A DNA stretch of 64,000 nt, from NCBI RefSeq assembly GCF_030824335.1, contig NZ_JAVBXX010000003.1, positions 46,472-110,471 on the forward strand. The letters are read 5' to 3'. Below the pieces are notes generated by a model. The model made no database searches. It saw only the letters and a list, made by a program, of their open reading frames with translations, and was not told the origin of the DNA. The position numbers were made by a program, and so were the translations under genes. Shown here piece by piece: positions 46,963 to 56,325 of the stretch. Every line of letters begins with the position of its first letter. Position 1 is the first letter of the stretch. The stretch comes from Azonexus sp. GTDB taxonomy: Bacteria > Pseudomonadota > Gammaproteobacteria > Burkholderiales > Rhodocyclaceae.

Positions 46963-46998
46963 AAAAAAATCTCACGGCGCATGGCGCATCGTGAGATT
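46963..46998 (-). terminator. Intrinsic terminator downstream of the BON gene
   Basis: Minus strand reads aatctcacgatgcgc-cat-gcgccgtgagatt followed by a T-run. Confidence 0.6.
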
Positions 46999-47065
46999 GA
47001 AACCTACTGTCCGACCGCCCGGTAGCCAAGCAAACGCTGGCACCGGCGAACGGGCTGATGGTCAA

Positions 47066-47386
47066 TTATTTGATACTCATGCTGTTCTTTACCGCTGTAA
47101 CGCCACGAACCTTGCTGGCAAGCTCGACGGCCTTGCCGGCTGCAGCATGCGAACTGACGAAGCCGCTCAACTGGACAACCCCCTTGTAGGTCTCAACGTT
47201 GATTTCAGTCGACTTCAGACTTGTCTCACCGAAAATGGCCGCCTTGACCTTGCTGGTGATCATCACGTCATCAACGTATTCACCAGTACCTTCCGACTTG
47301 GCGGTAGATGCACAACCTACGGCGCCGAGCAGCGTCAGCGACAAAAACAAGGCAGACAGATATTTGCTGAAGTTATTCATGCTCAA
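47066..47386 (-). CDS. BON-domain (OsmY-like) lipoprotein
   Basis: Lipobox AVGC; BON motif [38 protein letters not shown]. Confidence 0.9.
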   Translation of the reverse strand: MSMNNFSKYLSALFLSLTLLGAVGCASTAKSEGTGEYVDDVMITSKVKAAIFGETSLKSTEINVETYKGVVQLSGFVSSHAAAGKAVELASKVRGVTAVKNSMSIK

Positions 47387-47694
47387 CGCGCCAACGTAGG
47401 GGCAGGCGGAACGACGATGAGCGTTTCGCTATGGGTTTTCCCCGGTTCTCCAGTCGCCCCGGTCGCGCCAGTTCCACCACTGGAACCGGTCGGGCCGACA
47501 TCACCGGTCGTACCGCTGGCCCCGGTCTGTCCGGTCATGCCACTTGAACCGGCGGCCCCCGTCGGTCCTGCCGGACCGGCCGGACCTGGCACAGGCACGG
47601 TCACCACGGTTGGCGTAACAACCGTTGGTTGTTTGTCACAGGCGCTCACCGCCAAGGCAGCCAACAGCGCCGCACAAATGTTTGAATATTTCAT
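47383..47694 (-). CDS. Collagen-like (Gly-X-Y) lipoprotein
   Basis: Lipobox VSAC; 17 uninterrupted Gly-X-Y triplets from GPAGPAGPT to GEPGKT; GGAGG RBS. Confidence 0.85.
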   Translation of the reverse strand: MKYSNICAALLAALAVSACDKQPTVVTPTVVTVPVPGPAGPAGPTGAAGSSGMTGQTGASGTTGDVGPTGSSGGTGATGATGEPGKTHSETLIVVPPAPTLAR

Positions 47695-47795
47695 GGGAAT
47701 TCCCTCCGGTTATTGAACGAGCGCCCATCCACTTGGTAGCCAGGCAAGCGCAGGGAATGAGCGATTCAAAGTACCGCGATGCCTTTGGCAGCTCC

Positions 47796-47809
47796 GTTCG
47801 GTTGCGCAC
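47796..47809. promoter_or_regulatory. Palindromic GTnCG-N4-CGnAC site ~100 bp upstream of the collagen/BON operon, possible transcription factor box
   Basis: Minus strand GTGCG-CAAC-CGAAC. Single copy in the window; function inferred only. Confidence 0.3.
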
Positions 47810-48115
47810 ACAGCAGCAAAATACCTGCAGAACTGACGGCACCAGGCTTGAAATGGCTCAATTTGCCAACTCGCTGGCCGCTATCCATCCCTTGCCGTAG
47901 CACAGGAGTTTGCTGTCAGGATTTCAGCTGGCGGCTGATGACTCAGAGCCGCAAAGGTTTAACGGATCGTGCGCTGCCTGGCGATACGCTTCGGCGGTAT
48001 CATCCGGCCTTCAGCACGACAGCCGAGCGCAGCCAAAACGCTGGTCAAACCGCCGGATTGCCGTAACTTGAGACAAAGCTTTGCCGAAAGCAGCCCGGGA
48101 TTCAAGGCCATCACC

Positions 48116-48204
48116 GGGAAAATCTGGGAAAATTTTGATGAAAAAAACCAGTATTTCCCAGCACGGGAAAATATGGAAAAGTAACATAAGTCACTGTTTT
48201 TTAA
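48116..48204. mobile_element. att-junction-like scar at the 3' end of tRNA-Leu
   Basis: GGGAAAAT direct repeats at 48116, 48126 and 48165 with a degenerate copy at ~48175 (two pairs spaced 10 bp), plus taagtcactgtttttt abutting the tRNA CCA end. No integrase nearby. Confidence 0.4.
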
Positions 48205-48289
48205 TGGTGCCCAGGAAGGGACTCGAACCCCCACACCTTGCGGCGCCAGAACCTAAATCTGGTGCGTCTACCAATTTCGCCACCTGGGC
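48205..48289 (-). tRNA. tRNA-Leu (anticodon TAG)
   Basis: GCCCAGGTGGCGAAATTGGTAGACGCA-CCAGATTTAGGTTCTGG-CGCCGCAAGGTGTGGGGGTTCGAGTCCCTTCCTGGGCACCA; long variable arm, encoded CCA. Confidence 0.97.
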
Positions 48290-48329
48290 AAGCGGGCCGC
48301 ATTCTAACACTGACTCGGACTAAGCGCCC

Positions 48330-49139
48330 ATGCCTGTCGATCATTACGAAAATTTTCCTGTCGCTTCCATTCTGGTTCCGCGACACCTGCGCCAACCCAT
48401 CGAGGTGATTTACCGCTTTGCCCGCAGCGCCGACGACATTGCCGACGAAGGCGATGCCACGCCGGAGCAGCGTCTGGCCGAACTTGCCGCCTATCAGGCC
48501 GAACTCGATCGCATTGCCAGCGGGGAATTGCCGCAAACGCCGCTCTTTGTCTCGCTGGCCAAAATTATTGCGGTCCACGCCTTGCCGATCCAGCTTTTCC
48601 GCGATCTGCTCGACGCCTTCGCGCAGGATGTGATCAAGAAGCGCTATGCCGATTACCCGGAACTGATCGATTACTGCCGCCGCTCGGCCAACCCGGTCGG
48701 CCGGCTGGTATTGCACCTGTTCGGACGCACCGAAGCGGAACATCTGGAACAGTCTGACTGCATCTGCTCGGCCTTGCAATTGATCAATTTCTGGCAGGAT
48801 GTTGCGGTCGACTGGCAAAAAGACCGGGTTTACATCCCGCAGACCGACTTCCCGCATTTCAAAGTCAGCGAAGACGACATCGCCCAAGGGCGCAGTTCGG
48901 CCAACTGGGCGGCGCTGATGGATTTCCAGATCGACCGGGCGCAAACGCTGATGCTGCGCGGCGCCCCGCTGGTCCATGCCCTGCCCGGCCGATTGGGCTG
49001 GGAAATCCGCCTGACCGTGCAAGGTGGCCTGCGCATCCTGGAACGCATCCGCCAGGTGCGCGGCGATGTTTTCCACCAGCGGCCAACACTGGGCAAGCGC
49101 GACTGGCTCGTACTGCTCGCCCGTTCCATTAGAATGTGA
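48330..49139 (+). CDS. hpnC: Hydroxysqualene synthase HpnC
   Basis: HYENFPVAS, FARSADDIADEG, LLDAFAQDV, YCRRSANPVGRL, LQLINFWQD. Confidence 0.92.
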   Translation: MPVDHYENFPVASILVPRHLRQPIEVIYRFARSADDIADEGDATPEQRLAELAAYQAELDRIASGELPQTPLFVSLAKIIAVHALPIQLFRDLLDAFAQDVIKKRYADYPELIDYCRRSANPVGRLVLHLFGRTEAEHLEQSDCICSALQLINFWQDVAVDWQKDRVYIPQTDFPHFKVSEDDIAQGRSSANWAALMDFQIDRAQTLMLRGAPLVHALPGRLGWEIRLTVQGGLRILERIRQVRGDVFHQRPTLGKRDWLVLLARSIRM

Positions 49140-49143
49140 CCCC

Positions 49144-49977
49144 ATGAATCCTGACCAATACTGCCAGGAGAAGTGCGCGGCCAGCGGCTCCTCCTTCTAC
49201 TACAGCTTCCTCTTCCTGCCGCCCGAGCGCCGTCAAGCGATCATGGCGCTCTACGCCTTCTGCCGCGAAGTCGACGATGTCGTCGACGAATGCACCGACA
49301 TTTCAATCGCCTCGACCAAGCTGGTCTGGTGGCGCATGGAAGTCGAACGGATCGCCGAAAAACAGGCCACGCACCCGGTCGGCCTGGCGCTGCAAGCGGT
49401 TGCCCCGAGCATCAACCTGCCGAAGGAACAGTTGCTGGAAATCATCGACGGCATGGAGATGGACCTGCAGCAGTCGCGCTATCTCGACTTCAAGGGCCTC
49501 TCGCTGTACTGCTACCGCGTCGCCAGCGTCGTCGGCCTGCTCGCCGCCGAAATCTTCGGCTATACCGACCGGCAGACGCAGAAATACGCGCACGACCTCG
49601 GCATGGCCTTCCAGCTCACCAACATCATCCGCGATGTCGGCGAAGACGCCCGGCGCGGCCGCATCTACCTGCCAATGGATGAACTGAAGCAGTTCAACGT
49701 GCCAGCCGCCGACATCCTCAACGCCAAGTATTCGGACAATTTCACCGCGCTGATGCAGTTCCAGTACGAACGCGCCGAACGCTATTACGAACAGGCTTTT
49801 TCGCTGCTACCGGCGGTTGACCGCAAAAATCAGCGGCCGGGCCTGATCATGGCGGCGATCTACCGGACGCTGCTGGCCGAAATCCGCGACGAGAACTTCC
49901 AGGTCCTGCACCAGCGCATTTCGCTACCGGCCACGCGCAAGCTGTGGCTGGCGACGAAGACCTGGATCAAGGGCTGA
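49144..49977 (+). CDS. hpnD: Presqualene diphosphate synthase HpnD
   Basis: SGSSFYYSF, YAFCREVDDVVDE, IIDGMEMD, QLTNIIRDVGED, GRIYLP. Start taken at ATG 49144 (track ORF extends upstream into hpnC). Confidence 0.92.
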   Translation: MNPDQYCQEKCAASGSSFYYSFLFLPPERRQAIMALYAFCREVDDVVDECTDISIASTKLVWWRMEVERIAEKQATHPVGLALQAVAPSINLPKEQLLEIIDGMEMDLQQSRYLDFKGLSLYCYRVASVVGLLAAEIFGYTDRQTQKYAHDLGMAFQLTNIIRDVGEDARRGRIYLPMDELKQFNVPAADILNAKYSDNFTALMQFQYERAERYYEQAFSLLPAVDRKNQRPGLIMAAIYRTLLAEIRDENFQVLHQRISLPATRKLWLATKTWIKG

Positions 49978-49982
49978 GCACG

Positions 49983-51230
49983 ATGCGCGTCGCCGTCATT
50001 GGCGCCGGCTGGGCAGGTTTGGCCGCTGCGGTTGAACTGACGGAACGCGGCGCCGCCGTCACCTTGATGGAAGCCGGACGCGTGCCGGGTGGCAGGGCGC
50101 GCTCGGTGGAAATCGACGGACGCACGCTCGACAACGGCCAGCACATCCTGCTCGGCGCCTATCGCGAAACGCTGGCGCTGATGCGCAAGGTCGGCGCCGA
50201 TCCTGAACTACTGTTCGAGCGCCGGCCGCTGAAGGTTGTTGATCCCGGCGGTTTCCGGCTGGCTCTGCCGATGCTACCGGCGCCGCTCAACGTCGCCTGG
50301 GGACTGCTCGGCGCTACTGCGGTCGACCTGCCGGAAAAGCTGAAAACCGCGCTGTGGATGCAGGGGGTCAAATGGCGCAAGTTCCGCCTGGCGCGGGATT
50401 GCAGCGTCAGCGAATGGCTCGATGCCGCCGGCCAGACCGGCAAGCTGCGTCGCCACCTGTGGGAACCGCTCTGCCTCGCCGCGCTGAACACATCGGCCGA
50501 CACGGCATCGGCGCAGATTTTTGCCAACGTGCTGCGCGACAGCCTGGGCAGTTCGCGCCGTTCAGACACCGACCTGCTGCTGCCACGCGCCCCGTTCGGC
50601 GAACTGCTGCCGGAACCGGCCTGCCGCTGGCTCGGTGAGCACGGCGCGACGCTACGCTTTGGTCAGCGGGTACGCAGCATCATTGCCAACACTGGATCGC
50701 CCCGCAGCACTCACGATGACTCGCCGTTCCTCGTCGATGGCGAAACGTTTGACGCCGTCATCCTCGCCGTCGCACCGCAACATGTCCCAACGTTGTGGCC
50801 GGCGATGGACATTGCTTTCGACTACGAGCCAATTGCCACGGTCTACCTGCAATTTTCGGCAAAAACCGCGCTGCCCTTCCCGCTCCTCAACCTCGCCGGA
50901 AAATACGGCCAATGGGTCGTCGACCGCGGCAACGGCCTGTTTGCCTGTGTCATCAGCGGGCACGGCGAATGGGAAAGGCTGGATGACGCGGCGCTGGTGC
51001 ACGCCTTGCAGGACGAACTCGGGCTCGGCGAAACGGCAAGCTGGCAGCAGGTAATCCGCGAGAAAAGGGCAACTTTCCGCTGTCGACCGCAGCAGGCACG
51101 ACCCGATCATCGCACCGCCGATCCACGCGTTTTCCTCGCCGGCGACTACACTTGGGCCGATTATCCGGCGACGCTGGAAGGCGCCGTCAGGAGCGGCCTG
51201 CGCGCCGCCCGGGCCGTTCCGCTGGCCTGA
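49983..51230 (+). CDS. hpnE: Hydroxysqualene dehydroxylase HpnE
   Basis: VAVIGAGWAGLAAA, GGRARS, LDNGQHILLGAY, LAGDYTWADYPATLEGAVRSG; follows hpnCD. Confidence 0.9.
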   Translation: MRVAVIGAGWAGLAAAVELTERGAAVTLMEAGRVPGGRARSVEIDGRTLDNGQHILLGAYRETLALMRKVGADPELLFERRPLKVVDPGGFRLALPMLPAPLNVAWGLLGATAVDLPEKLKTALWMQGVKWRKFRLARDCSVSEWLDAAGQTGKLRRHLWEPLCLAALNTSADTASAQIFANVLRDSLGSSRRSDTDLLLPRAPFGELLPEPACRWLGEHGATLRFGQRVRSIIANTGSPRSTHDDSPFLVDGETFDAVILAVAPQHVPTLWPAMDIAFDYEPIATVYLQFSAKTALPFPLLNLAGKYGQWVVDRGNGLFACVISGHGEWERLDDAALVHALQDELGLGETASWQQVIREKRATFRCRPQQARPDHRTADPRVFLAGDYTWADYPATLEGAVRSGLRAARAVPLA

Positions 51231-51240
51231 CCTGCCGTGC

Positions 51241-51918
51241 CTAGGCGTCGATCAAACGCCCCGACTGAATCCGCAGCACGCGCCCGCACCGGGCGGCAAT
51301 CGCCTCGTCGTGGGTGACCAGGATCAGCGTCGTCCCCTGCTTCGCGTTCAGGTCGAACATCATTTCAATCACCTGCGCACCGGTCGCCGCATCGAGGTTG
51401 CCGGTCGGCTCGTCGGCCAGCACCAGCCGCGGTTCCGGCGCGAAGGCGCGAGCCAGCGCAACGCGCTGCTGTTCGCCGCCGGACAGGTGTTTCGGATAAT
51501 GCTTCAGACGGTGAGCGAGGCCGACGCGCGCCAGCCAGTCGCCGGCAATCCGGGCGGCCGCCTTGTTACCCGCCAACTCCAGGGGCAGCATGACGTTTTC
51601 CAGCGCGGTCAGCGACGGCAGCAACTGAAAAGACTGGAAGACGAAACCGAGCAAGCGACCGCGCTGCACGGCCCGCGCATCCTCGTCGAGCGCGGCCAGC
51701 GCCAAGCCATCGAGGCGGATTTCGCCGGCCGATGGAACGTCCAGCCCGGCCAGCAGTCCGAGCAGGGTCGATTTGCCCGAGCCGGAGGCACCAACGATGG
51801 CCACCGTCTCACCCGGCATGACGACAAAGGAGATATCCTGCAAAATCGTCAGCGGCGCACCGCCGTTATCCACCATCTTGCCCAAACCGACCACTTCAAC
51901 TACTGGCTTTCCTGACAT
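51241..51918 (-). CDS. ybbA: ABC transporter ATP-binding protein (YbbA/LolD-like)
   Basis: GASGSGKST, LSGGEQQRVALARA, LADEPTGNLD; divergent from tesA. Start taken at ATG 51918. Confidence 0.85.
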   Translation of the reverse strand: MSGKPVVEVVGLGKMVDNGGAPLTILQDISFVVMPGETVAIVGASGSGKSTLLGLLAGLDVPSAGEIRLDGLALAALDEDARAVQRGRLLGFVFQSFQLLPSLTALENVMLPLELAGNKAAARIAGDWLARVGLAHRLKHYPKHLSGGEQQRVALARAFAPEPRLVLADEPTGNLDAATGAQVIEMMFDLNAKQGTTLILVTHDEAIAARCGRVLRIQSGRLIDA

Positions 51919-52519
51919 GCGTCTTGTCCTTTTCCTGTTTGCCCTGTTTCTTGCCGCCCCCTCAGCCATCGCGGCAAAAACCATCATGGTGATGGGCGAT
52001 TCCCTGTCGGCCGGTTACGGCATTCGCCCGGAACAAGCCTGGCCGTCGCTGCTCGACCGGCGACTGAACGAAAAGCGCCTTGATTATAACGTCGTGAATC
52101 TGTCGATCTCTGGCGAAACCACGGCCGGCGGGCAATCGCGCATGGTCGAAGCGATACGTAAATATCAGCCGAGCATCGTCATCCTGGCGCTCGGCTCGAA
52201 CGACGGTCTGCGTGGTTTGCCGCTAGGCCAGATACGCGGCAACCTCGATGCCATGGTCGACAGCGCCAAAAAATCCGGCGCCCGGGTATTGGTCGCCGGC
52301 ATGCGTCTGCCCCCCAACTACGGTCCTTATGCCGATCAATTCCTGCAAAGTTTTGTCGACATTGCCAAAACAAAACAGACGGCCCTGCTGCCCTTCCTGC
52401 TCGAACCGGTGGCGACCCGCGCCGATCTGTTCCAGGCCGACCAGTTGCATCCAACGGCAGAAGCCCAGCCGCTGCTGCTCGACCACGTCTGGCCCAAGCT
52501 ACAGCCACTGCTCAAATAG
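51917..52519 (+). CDS. tesA: GDSL arylesterase / acyl-CoA thioesterase I
   Basis: Signal peptide, GDSLSAGYG, SISGETTAGG, LGSNDGLRG, DQLHPT. Confidence 0.9.
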   Translation: MRLVLFLFALFLAAPSAIAAKTIMVMGDSLSAGYGIRPEQAWPSLLDRRLNEKRLDYNVVNLSISGETTAGGQSRMVEAIRKYQPSIVILALGSNDGLRGLPLGQIRGNLDAMVDSAKKSGARVLVAGMRLPPNYGPYADQFLQSFVDIAKTKQTALLPFLLEPVATRADLFQADQLHPTAEAQPLLLDHVWPKLQPLLK

Positions 52520-53054
52520 GCCGGACCGCGACGATGGCCTGACGCATGCAGGGTTTCGGCGTATCGGCATAGCCTTCGGCAAAGGCAATTTCGCGCAAAT
52601 CGGCAGCGGCAGTAAGCGCGCGCAACTCCCCAGGCAGCAGCAGAAAATCCGGACTCGACGGTTTGCCGTAAACCGCGTTACCGAGCATGAAAGTTTCGTA
52701 AATCAGCACACCGCCCGGCGCCAGCATGGCAAGCACGTCGGGCAGGCGCGGTCGCCAGAGGTAGTTGGTGACGACGATGCCGGCAAAACGCTGACCGGCC
52801 AGCGGCCAGTCGTCGCCTTCGAGGTCCAGGCAGGCAGTTTCAATGCCCGGCACACCGGCCAGCGCGAAAAGTGCCTCTTTATTGCGGTCGACCGCAAGAA
52901 CGGCGAGATTTTGCCCCGCCAGCAGCCGGGTATGGCGCCCGCTACCGCAGGCCAGATCAAGCACACGGCCGGATCTCGGCAAGTGCGAACAGTAATGTTC
53001 GACCCACGACGAAGGGCGTATGATTTCGGGCAAACCATTAGTGGAGCGTGTCAT
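52512..53054 (-). CDS. Class I SAM-dependent methyltransferase
   Basis: VLDLACGSGRH, GIVVTNYLWRP, LAPGGVLIYETF. Start uncertain. Confidence 0.82.
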   Translation of the reverse strand: MTRSTNGLPEIIRPSSWVEHYCSHLPRSGRVLDLACGSGRHTRLLAGQNLAVLAVDRNKEALFALAGVPGIETACLDLEGDDWPLAGQRFAGIVVTNYLWRPRLPDVLAMLAPGGVLIYETFMLGNAVYGKPSSPDFLLLPGELRALTAAADLREIAFAEGYADTPKPCMRQAIVAVRPI

Positions 53055-53460
53055 GTCGGGAACGGTAATCGTCAGGGAGAACGGGCAAGGAAGATACCAG
53101 CAGGACGTCATTGCCGGCGAGCATCATTTGCTGGCCGACGAGCCGGTCAGCATGGGTGGCGGCGATGCCGGCCCGGCACCTTTCGATTTCCTGATGGCCG
53201 GACTCGGTGCCTGCACCTCGATGACTTTGCGCATGTACGCCGAGCGCAAGGAATTGCCTTTGCGCAACGTGCAGGTCGAACTGTCGCACCACAAGGTCGA
53301 CATCGATGGCGTGGCCCGCGACTGCATCCAGCGCAAGATCACGCTCGATGGCGAACTGAGTGCGGAACAAAGCCAGCGCCTGCTCGAAATTGCCAACAAA
53401 TGCCCGGTACACCGGGCCTTGGCACAGTCCTTCCAACTCGATTGCGCACTCACCGACTAA
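53053..53460 (+). CDS. OsmC/YhfA-family protein
   Basis: LADEPVSMGGGDAGPAPFDFLMAGLGACTSMTLRMYA, EIANKCPVHR (two conserved Cys). Confidence 0.88.
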   Translation: MSGTVIVRENGQGRYQQDVIAGEHHLLADEPVSMGGGDAGPAPFDFLMAGLGACTSMTLRMYAERKELPLRNVQVELSHHKVDIDGVARDCIQRKITLDGELSAEQSQRLLEIANKCPVHRALAQSFQLDCALTD

Positions 53461-53562
53461 GTGATTTCCGCAGGTAATACCCCCTGAATTCACATGGTAT
53501 TGCCTGGCGTAGTATGAGAAAATATTGCACTGCACAATAATTAGCCTGAATAGGAACCTACC

Positions 53563-56259
53563 ATGTTGGAACAGCACTATCTGACTGCGCTTTTCGAACC
53601 CAAATCGGTTGCCGTCATCGGCGCTTCCGAGCGCGAAAACTCGGTCGGCAATGTCATCTTCAGGAACATTCTGGGTTCAGGCTACAAAGGTCGGCTCTAC
53701 GCGATCAATCCCAAGCACGAGACCATTCTCGGCCAGCAGGCCTACAAGTCGATCGAGGAAATCGGTGCGCGTGTCGAGATGGCTGTCATCGCCACCCGGC
53801 CGCAGACCGTACCGCAACTGATCGAACAGTGTGGCCGCAGCGGCGTGCGCAACGTCATCGTGATTGCTTCCGGTTTCTCCGAAGCCGGTCACATCGGTGC
53901 TGCGCTTGAACGCAAGGTGATGGAAATCGCCCGTTCCTACAACGTGCGCATCCTTGGCCCCAACTGTCTCGGCATCATTCGTCCGGAACTCGGCCTGAAC
54001 GCCACGTTCACCAAGATCACGGCCAATCCGGGCAATCTGGCGCTGGTTTCGCAATCCGGTGCGATGTGCTCGGCGGTGCTGGACTGGGCAAAATCGAATC
54101 AGGTCGGCTTCTCTTCGGTCATTTCGCTGGGCATGACCGCCGACGTGGACTTCGGCGAAATTCTCGACTATCTGATCTACGACAGCCGCACCCATTACAT
54201 CCTGATGTACGTCGAAGGCATCCGCAACGCCCGCCGCTTCATGAGCGCCCTGCGTTCGGCAGCCCGCATCAAGCCGATCATCCTGCTCAAGGCTGGCCGT
54301 CATGAAGCCGGTTCGCAAGCCGCCACCGTGCATTCCGGCATGGCGGCCATTTCGGATACCGTATTCGATGCCGCCATCCGCCGGGCTGGCGTGGTTCGCG
54401 TCAAGAATGTCGGCCAACTGTTCTACGCCGCCAAGGCACTGGCCTCCAAATTCCGTCCCCAGGGCGACCGTCTGGCCATCATCACCAACGGCGGTGGTCC
54501 GGGCGCCATGGCAGCCGACCGTGCGGGCGACCTGGGCATCCCGCTGGCCGAACTGTCGGCCGAAACCATGGGCAATCTGAACAAGGTGCTGCCTGCCACC
54601 TGGTCGCACAGCAACCCGATCGACATCGCCGGCGATGCCACACCGGAACGTTACCGCGACGCCCTGCTCGCCGTCACGCAGGATCCGAACGTCGACAGTA
54701 CGCTGGTCATGCTGTCGCCGCAGGCCATGACCGACCCGATGGGCGTGGCGCAGGCCATCATCTCGATTTCCGACAAGCTCAACCGCCGCATCATCTGCTG
54801 CTGGATGGGTGAAGAACAGGTGGCCGAAGCGCGCAAGCTGCTGGAAGACTCCGGGATTCCTGCCTTCCGCATGCCGGAAACCGCCATCGAACTGTTCCAT
54901 CACATTTCCAAGTATTACCGTAACCAGAAGCTGCTGCTGCAAACGCCGGAACCGACGCGCCAGCATGGCCGCCCGGAAACCGAAGGCGCCAAGATGCTGA
55001 TCGAGGCGCTATTGGCCGAACGGCGCAAGGTGCTGTCCGAAATGGAATCGAAAGCCATCCTGCGCGCCTTCAAAGTGCCGGTTGCCCAGACCATGGTCGC
55101 CCGCACCGCCACCGAAGCGCTGCTGCTGGCCGAACAGATCGGTTTCCCGATTGCCATGAAAGTCGATTCGCCGGAACTGCCGCACAAGACCGATGCCGGC
55201 GGCGTCCGTCTGAACATCCAGAATGCGCCAGCGGTACGCAATGCGTATCACGACATCATCGATACGGTGCAAAAGCGCCACCCGGACGCCAAAATCAATG
55301 GCGTCTCGATTGAGCCTTTCCTGTCCCGCCCACATGGCCGAGAAATCATGATCGGCGTGATCCGCGACCCAATCTTCGGGCCGGTCATCACCTTCGGCGC
55401 CGGCGGTTTCGACAACGAGATCTTCAGCGACCGTTCGGTCGCCCTGCCGCCGCTGAACAAGTTCCTGGCCAAGGACCTGATCGAATCGACCCGCACCTCG
55501 AAGATTCTCGATCAATTCCACAATATGCCGCCGGTCGACCGCGAAGCGCTGAAGGAAGTGCTGCTGTGCATCTCCGAAATGGTCTGCGAACTTCCGTGGA
55601 TCATTGAACTGGAAATCAACCCGCTGATCGTGGACGAGCACGGCGCCATCGCGGCCGATGCGCGTATCGTCATCGACCACGCTGCCAACAGTTCCGGCGA
55701 CCGTTACGCTCACATGGCCATTTACCCCTACCCGGTACACCTGATCCAGGAATGGCAGATGAACAACGGGCAGACGGTCACCATCCGTCCGATCCGCCCG
55801 GAAGATGCCGACATGGAGCAGGAATTCGTCAAGGCCATGTCCGACGAATCGCGTTACTACCGCTTCATGGACACCTTGCGCGAACTGACACAGACCATGC
55901 TGGTGCGCTTCACCCAGATCGACTACGACCGCGAAATGGCGCTGGTCGGGACAATCACCGATGATGAAACCGGCAAGGAAAGCCAGATTGGTGTCGCCCG
56001 CTACGTGCTTAATCCGGATGGCGAATCGGTCGAGTTCGCCTTGGCCGTCGGTGACGACTGGCAGAAATGCGGTGTTGGCCGCAAGTTGATGACGGCACTG
56101 GTCGATTGCGCCCGCACCAAGGGTTATCGCGCCGTGGTCGGTGACGTGCTATCGACCAACAGCAAGATGTTCCGCCTGATGACCAGCCTGGGCTTCACCA
56201 TCCATCCGCACCCGGACGACACGGCGGTCAAGCGTGTGGTCAAGCCGCTGACCGGCTGA
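53563..56259 (+). CDS. Acetate-CoA ligase-like/ATP-grasp/GNAT fusion (Pat/YfiQ-type protein lysine acetyltransferase)
   Basis: CoA-binding VAVIGAS, LGPNCLG, SQSGA, ATP-grasp HKTDAGGV and LEINPL, C-terminal GNAT IRPIRPED..FTQIDYDREMA..EFALAV..WQKCGVG. Confidence 0.88.
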   Translation: MLEQHYLTALFEPKSVAVIGASERENSVGNVIFRNILGSGYKGRLYAINPKHETILGQQAYKSIEEIGARVEMAVIATRPQTVPQLIEQCGRSGVRNVIVIASGFSEAGHIGAALERKVMEIARSYNVRILGPNCLGIIRPELGLNATFTKITANPGNLALVSQSGAMCSAVLDWAKSNQVGFSSVISLGMTADVDFGEILDYLIYDSRTHYILMYVEGIRNARRFMSALRSAARIKPIILLKAGRHEAGSQAATVHSGMAAISDTVFDAAIRRAGVVRVKNVGQLFYAAKALASKFRPQGDRLAIITNGGGPGAMAADRAGDLGIPLAELSAETMGNLNKVLPATWSHSNPIDIAGDATPERYRDALLAVTQDPNVDSTLVMLSPQAMTDPMGVAQAIISISDKLNRRIICCWMGEEQVAEARKLLEDSGIPAFRMPETAIELFHHISKYYRNQKLLLQTPEPTRQHGRPETEGAKMLIEALLAERRKVLSEMESKAILRAFKVPVAQTMVARTATEALLLAEQIGFPIAMKVDSPELPHKTDAGGVRLNIQNAPAVRNAYHDIIDTVQKRHPDAKINGVSIEPFLSRPHGREIMIGVIRDPIFGPVITFGAGGFDNEIFSDRSVALPPLNKFLAKDLIESTRTSKILDQFHNMPPVDREALKEVLLCISEMVCELPWIIELEINPLIVDEHGAIAADARIVIDHAANSSGDRYAHMAIYPYPVHLIQEWQMNNGQTVTIRPIRPEDADMEQEFVKAMSDESRYYRFMDTLRELTQTMLVRFTQIDYDREMALVGTITDDETGKESQIGVARYVLNPDGESVEFALAVGDDWQKCGVGRKLMTALVDCARTKGYRAVVGDVLSTNSKMFRLMTSLGFTIHPHPDDTAVKRVVKPLTG

Positions 56260-56276
56260 TCGCACTCGCCACGATG

Positions 56277-56306
56277 AAAAAAAGCGCCTCCCCGGCGCTT
56301 TTTTTT
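56277..56306. terminator. Bidirectional intrinsic terminator
   Basis: aaaaaaagcgcc-tcccc-ggcgctttttttt between convergent genes. Confidence 0.85.
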
Positions 56307-56325
56307 CACTGCTGTTTCTGCCGAA

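Noticed and set aside
47700-48204. Integrase or transposase remnant next to tRNA-Leu
   Set aside because: Short ORFs here show no recombinase motifs; only the repeat pattern is reported.
48330-51230. hpnCDE as part of the secondary-metabolite cluster
   Set aside because: Common squalene pathway operon in proteobacteria, on the other side of tRNA-Leu, with no link to the PKS.
51241-51918. ybbA ATPase without adjacent ybbP permease
   Set aside because: The permease may be elsewhere in the genome; nothing in the window suggests decay or a new function.
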